Shown here piece after piece: positions 25,107 to 61,528 of a stretch of 64,000 bases of DNA. Below the pieces are notes generated by a model. It searched no databases and was not told where the DNA came from. It saw only the letters and a program-made list of their open reading frames with translations. This DNA is from Vicugna vicugna (Eukaryota). How positions within the stretch are numbered: the stretch's first letter is position 1; each line of letters opens with the position of its first letter. The position numbers and the translations under genes were made by a program. The DNA is taken from assembly GCA_013265495.1 (NCBI GenBank), contig MU061668.1, forward strand, positions 337,208-401,207. Reading direction: 5' to 3'.

Positions 25107-25307
25107 TAGGATTGCCGGATGAAACAGAGGTTCCCAGTCAAACTGGAATTTCAGATCAACAACAAACAATTTTTTAGTGTTAGTGTGTCCCAAATGTTGC
25201 ATGGGACACACGTATACTAAAAAATTATTTGCTATTTTTCTGAAATTCTAATTTCAGAAATTTAACTGCAGGCCTTATATTTTTGTTGGCTTAATCTAGC
25301 AATCCTA
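25107..25307. mobile_element. MER53 hAT MITE, full length, with TIRs and 8-bp TSD
   Basis: TIRs TAGGATTGC / GCAATCCTA; TSD CTCCAGCC at 25099-25106 and 25308-25315; central palindrome aattttttagt...gtgtgtccca-aatgttgca-tgggacacac...actaaaaaatt. Confidence 0.9.
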
Positions 25308-25315
25308 CTCCAGCC

Positions 25316-26300
25316 CCACAGCCCCCGGGCTGTTCCACGATCAGGCTGGTAGCACTCCCACCTCAGGGCCTTCGCACGTGCTGTTCTTTCAACCTGGAAG
25401 GCTCCCACTTCTCCATCTTTGCTGATTCCGCGGCTCTGAGATCTCAGCTCAGACATCGCTGCAGAAAAGTCTTCCCCGACCACCAAACGGAAGCATGTCC
25501 CCTCTGCCATTGTCCTCTCTCCTGCCACCTTGTTTGTTTCTCTTGGCCGTAACATTATCTCTGCAACCATGCTGTCCATTTACACTTTCCTGTCTCCCCA
25601 CCATGGCGCCAGCCCCACGAGAGAAGCCGCGTCTGCCGAGCGGAGGGCCAGGCGCGTGCGTGTCTGCTGGGCGCTGCTGACTACCCACAAGCACCCCCGC
25701 AGGGGAGGGGTGACCGGGCCTTGGGCTCTGGCTGCGCCTTCGTGTGCCTGGAACCCTTCCCAGTACTTCCCACTAATTAACTCATTCAATCGCACCTCTT
25801 CAGCCTAAACGATGGAAGCACCATCACTGCCTCCATTTCCCAGGTAAAGAAACTGAGGCACAGAGTTTCATCAACTTGCTCATGGTCACACAGCACATGA
25901 GAAGTGAACTCAGAACTTGAACCCAGGCCTTCTGACTCCAGAACTGCTTGTAGAAAACAGTGACCTGGTCACTCACTTCACTCACTCAAATGTCTATCAC
26001 GGACCCACAGAAGCCCTGCTCCAGCCCCCAACCTCGACACTCTCCTGACCTCTGATGCACCCTTCTCTCCCACCTCCAGTGCCCTCCAAAACACACACAC
26101 AACTCTTCGTCCTCTCTCTGGTCGTCTTTGCAAGTGCTGTTCCCCCTTTCTGGGAACCTTTCCCTCTTTCCCTTGTCCACCAGGAAGACCTTTTACTACT
26201 CCATCAAGATGGCCGAGCAAGCATCCCCTCTTCCAGGCAGCCCTCCCTGACCACCCCCTCCCCGACACTCAGCCGGGGCCTCTTCCCAGCTCCCTCAGGA
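25316..26300. mobile_element. L2 fragments with an intervening MIR (~25810-25950)
   Basis: ctcagggccttcgcacgtgctgttc; gaaactgaggcacagag...gctcatggtcacacagc...ttgaacccaggccttctgactcca. Confidence 0.6.
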
Positions 26301-27067
26301 CCGCTCCTGCTCCTGTCTCCACATCGGACTCGAGCTCCAGAAGTGCAGGGAGAAGTCGGAATCCTCCTGGGGGCCCAGCGGCCAGTGCAGGCTGGGCTGA
26401 GAGAGTGAGAGAAGTTCAGGGTTGCGAGGCCCATCCCGCCCCTCAGCAGGACCCTCCACTGCTTTTGCCCTTTCTGTCCTCAGTGGACTCCACTGGAGCA
26501 GGGACAGCCCCAGAGTCAGGGCGGCTGGTTTAGGGAGGGACTTTCGGAAATTAAATCCAGGTTGGGATTTGGGCTCAACAACTCTTACAACCCAGCCAGG
26601 GAAAATGCATGCCCACGTGTAGGAAGCTGTCCTAGGGAGGTGGCCAGACAGGTGCCCAGCACGTACACCGAGGACGTCTAGCTCAGTGCTGCTCTTAACA
26701 CGAGAGCCCCGGGACAGGCTGGGCGCTCGTCCCCCGGGGACCGGCTGGGTGACTTACGCTGCATGCCTTCCAGGCAACCGGCCTCTGCCGACAGCAGCAG
26801 CTCCCTCTGCACGCCCTGGATGGGTGTGATTCTTGGTTTATCTCTTTCCCCAACTAGATGTAAGCTCCACGGAGGCAGGAAGTGACCTGTCCTGTTTCCT
26901 GATGTCAACCCGGAGCCTAGCACAGTGCCCGGCACCCGGTAGGTGCTCAGTTGAATGATGACTAATGGTTACAGACCACTCTTACTGGCGTGGCATGGTG
27001 CCCGCGACGTGCTACATGAGCGGAGAGCACAGGCTCGCTGACATTTCAGTGAGAAAACACATATGTA

Positions 27068-27148
27068 CAGTCAGCCCTCCTCATCCACAGAGTCTGGTAT
27101 CTGAGCAGGTCCTGGAACCCACCGCCAGTGAATACTGAGGGATGCCTG
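27068..27148. mobile_element. 81-bp internally deleted Tigger/MER2-like MITE with TA TSDs
   Basis: ta|cagtcagccctc...gtcctggaacc...gaatactgagggatgcctg|ta. Confidence 0.65.
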
Positions 27149-30100
27149 TATGAAAAAATCTGGGGAAGACAGAACGGCAAGCTGAAAGCGGAGTGAGCAA
27201 TCGGCAGAGGGTGACGGGGGGTTTCCTTTCTTGTCTCTATTTGCTACTTCAATTAGCTCCGATTACTCTGTAATGAGAAAAGTGCACACAAGCCACCTGG
27301 GGGTCCTGTTGAGCTGCAGGTCCTGCTCCAGCAGGTCTGGGGCGGGGCCGGGGGGGCTCAGTCCTAACAGCTCGCAGGGGAAGCCCATGCTGTTGATCTG
27401 AGGGCCGGAGTTTGAGAAGCGGGGCTGTGGGGTGTGACGGGGGGAGGGGAGGGGAGGAGAAAGAAGAGAAATTGCAGAAGAGGTGAGACCGCTGTCCTGA
27501 AGGAGGAGCCAGGCAGGGGAGGAGGGAGAAAGACTCACAGAAGGGACAGACCGGCCAGCCCAGGGGCTGACGGGAGCATCTGCAGCCCACAGTGGACTTG
27601 GGGTGGGAGGAGGCGGAGAGGGGTGACCAAGGCGAAGCAGCATGGCTCAGGGGTCCCACGTCAGGAGCCTCCCCTCCAGCTGAGCATCACTCCATGGTCC
27701 GTGGTCCATGGTCTCCGCGGGCCTAACCTCCCACGGCCTGGCCCGCACGTTCCGAATCAGGCAGGGAGCTGGGGGCTGCTTGCATTGCCCTTCAGAGCCT
27801 CACCGCGGCGTGTCGGTTAAGTTGGGCCGTGACCGGCAGAGGAGCTGACTGCCGGCCGGCCCAGCCCAGCTGCGATGTGGCTCTGCAGCTGAGTCAGTCT
27901 CCCTCCTGCCAAGACCAGGGCAGCCCCGGGGCTGCAGCGGTGCTCCCAGAGGGGCGGCTCCAGCCGGCAGGGGTGCCCCGGGCGTTGGATCTGCTCCTTT
28001 GCGGAACCCTCAGCCTCTGGGGGCTGGAGCACCTGCTCAGAACTGAGAAGGGTGCTGAGGCCCAGAGAGAGGAAGGACCACTGGGCAGTCAGGACCAGAA
28101 GCAGAAGCCTGGGGGAGCCCGGTTAAAGGGCCAGGGGGCAGAGGCCAGGTGAGGGCACACGTTTTCCCCAAATACAGCCTGTCCGCTCTCCCCGGGCTGA
28201 GCAGTCATCCTGTCCGCTACCCCTGAGGGGGTCCACTCACACACACGCCTACCCCGGAGGAATGCTCATCGCCAGTCTCCAGTCGGGTCACACTCCCGCT
28301 CAGGCACCATCCATGGCTCCCCATTGCCTCCAGGAGAGGTGTCACAGCTTTTCATCTGCTCCCTCGTAGGGTTGTGACAAAACTCTATTCTTCCATCCTC
28401 TCTACACTGAGCTCCACAATTTTCAAACTTTGTTTAAAAGAATGCTTTTATTAATAGGAAGTAGAACATAGCGAACATTTTCCAGAGCGAGGTACAGTGA
28501 GGACTGACCATAATTAGAATATTTTACAATAGGACTTGAGGTTTTTATTATCAAATTAAATAACCTCAGAATCTGAAATTATGTGAAATCTTACTGAATG
28601 GGTTTTATCCATTTTGTAATTGGAATGTGAGGTGCCTAAAAAAGAGTCCTGTTAGTTTGGGAAGAATTAAGTTTGCTGGCTTCTACTCTTGGGGCGTCCC
28701 AAATTCAGAACAGTTCAACCCAGCCATGCGCCCTCCTGAGGGATGTTAGGGGACTGGGAGAGAGAAGTCATCCCAAATTATCCCTCATCCCCTGGTTTGG
28801 GAACCAAAAGCTTTTTCTACCCAGAACAGTGTGCTATATCTCAGTTCCAAGTGGGTGAGGATTCAAACCCAGGCCACGAGCAGTTCCTCCCTGCTGCCCA
28901 GTACAGTCCCCATATGAGGCTGGAAGTTTCTGACCTTAGGCTCAAACTGTCCCCTCCGCCGAGATGCCCACTGTTCCCGCCCCGGTTCTGCTTCCCCGCC
29001 TCCCAGGGGCCTCCACTGAGGCTCTCAAAGGTCCCTTCCTCAAGGCCACAGCACTTCCACCCGGAGAAGGTGCTGTGAGCCCTGGCCGACTCCCTCTCTG
29101 CCCATCCAGAGACAAGCCCCATCTGACTCATCGCCCTGCCCCCCACCCACCAGCTCCTCGGGGAGCAGGGCATTGCCAGCATCCCTTGGAGGTGATAACT
29201 GCAACGCGACCCTCCTGGCTCAGCAAACAAAATTATCAACTTGGCAGCTGATGCGAATCTGCCTCCAAAGTGGGTGCCCAGCCAACAGCCCTCGATCGTC
29301 TTCCTTTGATTTAGACCGAGAGCTCCCACTCCCCTCCCCCCACAGATGGGGACGGTCACTTCAGTGGTGCCCGAAAACTTACTGGAATGATTGCATTTAC
29401 ACAGGTAAACCCCCCACCTCTGCCCACCAACCCCCCACCCACTCTCCCTGGGCCTGTGGGCAGTGGGAGCAGAGAGCTGGGCTGTAGCATTTGCCTGCTT
29501 CTTCTGCATTTTAAGGTGCTTCAGTCCCAAACCTACACTTTTGAAGAGGAAAAAAAATTGCACTTTCTAGCACACTCAGCATCTTTCAGCCTCTCCTTTT
29601 ATCTGTGTCCATCCCGGGCCAGTTGCCAGAGGAAAGCTGATACCTTCACATCTTTGATTACGGGTGAGCTAAAGCCAGTCTCTTCCCGTCTCTCAAATGA
29701 GGGGCTCGGAGTAGATTAGGGGGATGATGGGCCTCCTCTCCTCTGCCGATACCAGAGGACTGGCTGCGGCTGCCAGAATGCTGCACCTGGGGGAACTCTG
29801 AGGGAGAGTCCTGCTTGAGCAGGAAGGAGCCCTGGGATGGATTAGCAACGTCTGTCAGGGCCACAGGAGCGGGGTTCGGAGTCACACGTGCCAAAATTTT
29901 ACCATTTATGAAGAAATTCAGAGTTTGAAAACTGGTGGTCTGAGGGCAGGATTTTTGGCCCATGTAAGTTGTTTTTCACATATTTCTTAAACTCCAATTT
30001 TATTATCATGATTTATACAGTGGAAGGTTTCATCGCCCGAAAGCTGGATTTTTGGAGCCACTAGCAAACTAGACGACTTGGACCCTCTGGAGCCAAGTGC

Positions 30101-30341
30101 GTGAGGCCGTGCACGCAGGTCGCCCGCCTCCACCCCCAGCCCCCTGGCACTGGGGGGCCACCTGCCTGGCCCGTCCCCCACATTCACGAGCCTGAGCCTG
30201 ATGACTGATTTGCTTCCGCTGAGCGGTGACGGGGACTCCAGGGAATGATGTGTCAAGGCCCCCGGAAGAGGGGGGACAGCTGCCTCCAACCACTAGGGAG
30301 ACAAAGAAATGCTCACATTGATTGAACACCAATTGTTTGCT

Positions 30342-30355
30342 CAGCCCCCTGCTGG
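30342..30355 (-). promoter_or_regulatory. Candidate CTCF site
   Basis: Reverse complement CCAGCAGGGGGCTG matches the CTCF core CCASYAGRKGGC; motif match only. Confidence 0.4.
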
Positions 30356-30379
30356 AGCTTTTTAATACAGGAGCTCACT

Positions 30380-30500
30380 AAACCCACACAGGACACAGGT
30401 GGAGCTCATGTGATACTTACCACTTTGCAGACAGGGAAACTGAGGTTCAGAGAGGTGACAGGAAGGGTCCAAGGGCAACGTCCCCTGGTGGTACTGGCAT
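30380..30500 (-). mobile_element. MIR
   Basis: cttaccactttgcagacagggaaactgaggttcagagaggtgacagg...ccaaggg. Confidence 0.7.
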
Positions 30501-33500
30501 CTGGGCCCTGCCCGCCAGGGTCTGGGCTGCTGACTGTGGAGAAGGACGGGGCGAGGGTGGGGTGCGCTGGGGGGGCCGCAGCCCACGGCGACCCTGCCTG
30601 ACAGCGGGGATGCAATGGGGAAATGGGATTGCATTTTTCTGGTTCCTATAAAAGGTGTTTATTTGCCTTCAATAAATGCTCCCCACGTGAAGTGGTCACC
30701 TGATGAGTCTGCTAACGACATCCTCCCCTGAAGTTTATTTGCTAATTACACACCACACGAAACTTAACAAAATAATAGGCGCTCGTCAAGCCCACGGCCT
30801 GGGGCCTGCCTCGGCTCTCCTGCTTTCTCTCTCCCACAGGGAGACGCTCACCCCGTCTGGTGCTGATGCTGAGAAGCACACGGGCCCCCCGAGACTGAAC
30901 TGCGGGGAGAAAGGCCCACGGACCTGCTGGCGGGGGCGGGCCTGGTGTGCTGCTCGGGTGGCGGCCCTGCCAGTCCCCTCCCTCTGGGCCCTCGGCTTTC
31001 CTGCCTGCACCATGAGGGAGTCGCACCGGATTCGTGGGTTTCAAATGTTTACTCTGGAAGCAAACTTCCTCAGACCAGATATCAACGTATACAACACCCA
31101 CGTGTCTTACCCAAGCGCGGCCGCAGACCAGGGAGGAAAACACAACCCACAGGGCTTTGCCTTCGTGACCCGGCCCCTCGGCCCCTCCGTGCACGCCTGC
31201 GGCTGCGCGGCGCCGCCCGGCCGCGGGAGGGTCTGCTTCCGCCTCTCGGTTCCAGCTTCAGACTCGGGACTCGTCCACGAGGCTGCAGAGTTGACAGTGG
31301 CACGCCCGGCCCGGCCCGGGCTCGGGGGCCGCGTGTCCCTGCCGCTCGCTGGCTCCTGGCTGTCACCCTGAGCAGGACGCGTCCCATCCGGCCCACTGGG
31401 GCGACCAGGGGATGAGAGACGGACGGGCCCAGCCCGAGGAGGAGCAGTCCACGCTGGCTGACTCGCGTCCCTGAGACGGGGCGGCGTCTGCTACGCAGCA
31501 AGGGCCGCCCGTAGGCCAGCACAGTGGTGACACGCGAGCAGGTGTTTTATAGCACCCCTGCTGGAGTGACAAGGAAGAAGCAGGCAAGGAGACCTCCGCG
31601 CGGAGGACAGACAGCTCGCCAGGAAAACACGGCTGGCCGATAAACAAACCAGTAAGAAAGTTCCTCCCCACAGGAGTCAAAACTTCTGAAGTGAACTCAC
31701 AAAGCGCTGTTTCACTCCCCAAACCAGCGGCAATACTGACACACGTGGATGGCAATGTGGCGTGCTGGCAGGGACCGGGGAGGCAATCTCCCAGCTCCGG
31801 CTGGTGGCTGTGACGACTGGTGCAGAGCTTCGGAAATTAATTTAGCAGCACGTGGCCAGATTGGTGACAGGCCCACCCTCAGCGCCAGCAGCTCCGCCGC
31901 GTGGCGTCCACCTGCGAACGCTCTGGCTGCTGGGCCCGTGGAGGCTCGGGCACGGCGGTTCCCTGCAGCCCTGCTCAGCACAGCAAACACCCCACAGCCG
32001 GGGAAGGGAGAGCGAAAAGAAGACGCAGCCGTGTGGTGGGACAGCACCCGACACCTACGAGGGAGCAGCACGCTGCTGAGCGTGACACGGGACAACCACA
32101 ATCAGGTAAAACTGTGAAAAAGCCTGCAGACCAGTGATGCTTCATCTGCCGATGCCTGTTACTCACCGTCCAAGTTGCTTTGGAAGGACGTGCTGCAAGT
32201 TTATAAAAGCAGTTGCCTCTGAGAAGGGAGGGGAACAGACAGAAGGCAGAGGGCAAAGAGAACCGAAGCTGCGTTTGTGGTTTTTTCATTTGTTTGTTTC
32301 CTTCCTGCCCCCCAAGCTGGAGCCCAGCAGACGCCCTCACCGCGGCCCACGCTGAGCAGAAGGCGGCGGGGAGGCAGGCTTGTTAGGCAGCCTGTGTTCT
32401 CCTACATGAAACTTCTTTCTTCCCTCTGGCCCCAGACGGTGGGCCTGCACCTCCGGCCACCTCATCTCTTAAACTACCTGGGCGCCCAGGTCCTGGGCCG
32501 CCTTGGAGTCGGCGTGTCAGACGACCTTGAGAGGTAACAGTTCCAGTATCCTCCCCTCTCCCCACCTCACAAATACACAGAAAATCAGGGGGAGACAGAA
32601 AGAGAGAGAAACAGAGTTATTTTGGGGCCAAATTTAGGAATTCTAAAGGAAAAAAATCTGTATGCAATACATATTTTTAGCGCTAAATGGTGCTAAAAGC
32701 ACTTTTTGGCACCGTTTAGAGAGTGAAAGTTGCCTGGTTAGTTTGGGAACAGAAAGCCAAACGGTGTACCCCGTGACCTCCGGCTCCCCAGGGCCCTCCA
32801 CACAGCGCCGCGGCTGCCTCCCCCTCTCACAGTCAGATCGCCGCCCCCTCCAGGAGAGGGACCCCGCTCACCCACCTGCTGCCCAAGCCACAGGCCTCAC
32901 GCCCCTTGCTTTGTTTATTTTCACAAAACTGTGCAGGCACCGCTGAACCCATTTCACAGAGGGAAAAACCAAAGCCTAGAGTGGGAACACGAGGTGAGAG
33001 GGAGTGGATCCTGACTGGACCCCCCTCTATCTGATCTCAAAGCTGGGGGTAGGGGGCACAGGATGGGGTGGGCCTGAGGGACGAAGGGCAGAGGTGAAGG
33101 GTGCACAGCTCTTGGGGAAACTGCAGCTGACTGCATGTGCCCTGAAGGGGCCGCACCCCCCATCCCAGGGCAGGCAGGGCTGCCGCAGCTGGCTGCACGG
33201 GGCGGGGACAGGCCTCAGAGATGGGAGAGGCTGGGGCGGGGGGCCAGGGGGGAGGCCAGACGGATGAGGAGACAGGAGAGGACGGATTCATGGGAGCACA
33301 GAGACTGGCCGGAGCAGGGAATGGGCGAGGAGGGCCGAGGAGGGGCCCAGGTCGTGCAGGCGCAGGTGGGTCCCTGGAGGCGGACAGACGTGGGGCCCAG
33401 AGAGGGAGGGCTGGGCAGAGGGCCTCCGTCAGCCGGGGTGGGGTCTGGCTCTCCTGTCAGGGGGCCATCCCGGGTGGGGTGCAGGCGCCGTGGCCGGACT

Positions 33501-34364
33501 ATCCTTGCCGGGTCTGCTGAGCCAGGGGGCAGGATCGGAGAGGGGAGGACACCCCTTCCTTCCGGGCGCTCTGTTCTGTGCTCCCGAAGTCGTCCCATGT
33601 TGGCTTCCAGCAGCAAGAGGGGCTGGGAAACGTCCAGCGTGTTCCAGCTGCTCTTTGTCCAGTTCCCATCAGTGGCTCGGATCCTGAGGAGGATGCTGAG
33701 TGACGTCGGGGACAACTGGTCTCCACCAGCGGCACCTGTGGGCGGCCTGTGACTTGGGGCGGCTAATGTCACTAAGCCTCCGTTTCCACCCCTGCTTCAT
33801 GGATGCGAGGCTCTGCTCCCAGGGCACTCGGATGACCCTGTGTGCGTGCCAGGTGGAGGCTGAGGCCTGCTGGGGGGGGACCAGCCCCTCGGGGGGGAGA
33901 GGGAGGGGCCGCAGACGAGCAGTGGCCAGCAAGGCAGGGACAGTGAACTAACAGGGATGGTGTCCCACCGTGGAGGTTGGAGAGGGTGGCTGAGCAGAGC
34001 ACTGGGACCCGGGCAGATGAGCTTCAGAGGAGAGCGGAGGGAGCCAGAGCTGCAGGGAGAGAGCGGCTGGAGAGGGAGGGCTGAGGGGACACCAGGGACA
34101 TGGGGACGTGTGGGCAGGGCTGCCAGGTCCTCCGACAGGGAAGACACATCTAGGGGCCCTGGGTGGGCCGTTGTGAGCAGACCCCTTGGCCACATACCCT
34201 GACCGCGGGCCAGTCTCCCAGAGGTGGGAGGCCTGGGTGTCCAGCCAGAGGAGGGAGGCCAGCAGGACAGACCTGTTCCCCAAATCACACAAAGGGAAGG
34301 AAAGTCACCAGGCCTGGGTCACTCCAGGCAGGACGCGGGTGACTCCGGCAGTAATCACGCTCAC

Positions 34365-35664
34365 TTAAGAAATTAGACAGAGCTTTATTAAATAAACCAA
34401 ATAGAGATGTGCCTATTTACATCTGAGTTGTCAATTTGAGCTCAAGTGTTACGCAAGGCACAATTCCTCCCGTCTCCAGCTTAAAAAGAATAAATCGCGT
34501 GGCCTGGCCCCCAGGACTGAGGTGGATTCACGCGTGTGGCTCAGGGCTGGGCTGGAGTTCCCATGGCGCGGTCTACAGGGTCCAGGCTCCGGACTGTCCT
34601 GGGGGGCCCCGGCCTCAGGCAGAGGCTGCGTCCTGAGGTCTCGGCTGCTGCGTGGACGAGGGGCTGGGAGGAGGGAGTTTCGGAGTAGCGCCTCCTTCCG
34701 GCTGGCTCGGCTCCCCCTTCCCTGGCCCCCGGGAGCTGCCTGGAGGGAGGCCGTCCTGTGGGCGGCCCTGGCTCAGATCTGCTGAGGTGCTTCGGACAGA
34801 AGGAGGGACAGATAACACAGGTCTCTGTGCTCCGGCAGAACAAGGAGGCGTCTCAGAATGAGCAAACGCAAGAAGGGCCCCATCTCCAGCCCAAGGACAC
34901 TTGCCAAGCAGGGACTCCGAAGTCCCCGTGCTGATAGCGGAGCCCGGACAGGAGGATGAGCCAGACCCACGGGCTGTCCCCCGGGTCAAGGCCAAGTCCG
35001 GGAGGGGCTTCCCAGCTCAGGGAACAAAGAACCACAGAGGACCGCCATCCATTCACAGGGGCCGAGGAGGGCACAAGGCCCACGTCAGGTGCCCCCGCGA
35101 AGCTGAGCCGGGGCGGCCCCGGCACTACGTCCCTGGCTCTCCTTGCGCAGTGGCAGCGCCGGGCTGGCCCCTCACGTCCGCTTGCTCCCCGTTCCCCAGC
35201 AGGAGCCGGACGAGGGGAAATGTAGTCTCCACAGGGAGATGGACGCACACAAGTAAAAGAGTAATTACAAGTACTTCCCTGAGATCACTGCGGCCACACC
35301 GCCCCAGACGCCATCTGCACCGCGCTCCCGCCTGCCCCACGCCCTGGGGGGGGGTAGGGACGGAGAAAATCAAAGCCCAAGTGGACGCCGCCCGGAAATC
35401 CCGACCACCAGGCGGAGGAAGGGGCCGGGTCCCCCGCCTTGTAAGACTCTGAAGCGAAACAAGAAAGCAAAACCAGAAAAACCCAAAGAGCAAACTTAAA
35501 CACCCCCAACAAGGAGCAGCGTGCGGGCAGAGCTGACCCCAGTTGACAAGGGCGGCGGCAGCAGCGAGGCGGGCCTGGGCCGGAGGCCGCGCGGGCGGGC
35601 GGGCTGGCGGGCGGAATCCCTGTGGTGGAGGCCGGCAACGTGGCCTCCAGCCCAGCCCCGTGGG
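34365..35664 (-). other. NUP210: NUP210 3'UTR (~1.3 kb; exact cleavage site inferred)
   Basis: Lies between the stop codon and the first canonical minus-strand AATAAA I found (34389-34384) in an AT-rich patch. Confidence 0.75.
34384..34389 (-). terminator. NUP210: Polyadenylation signal AATAAA of NUP210
   Basis: tttatt on the + strand within a short AT-rich island ~1.3 kb after the stop. Confidence 0.75.

Positions 35665-61528
<25,864 letters not shown>

Noticed and set aside
29880-30080. AT-rich stretches at 28380-28660 and 29880-30080 that may be hAT/Charlie-type remnants
   Set aside because: Could not assign a family or find TIRs/TSDs with confidence.
30690-30800. Hammerhead-ribozyme-like words CTGATGA (30700-30706) and GAAAC (30759-30763)
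   Set aside because: The GTC/GAC stem after CUGAUGA is followed by AUCC, not GAAA. With the distal GAAAC I could not build stems I and III around a valid NUH site. An Infernal scan with hammerhead models would settle it.
31843-31866. TAGCAGCACGT...ATTGG resembling mature miR-16
   Set aside because: Only an 11-nt match with wrong spacing to ATTGG, and no complementary star arm within pre-miRNA distance; likely chance.
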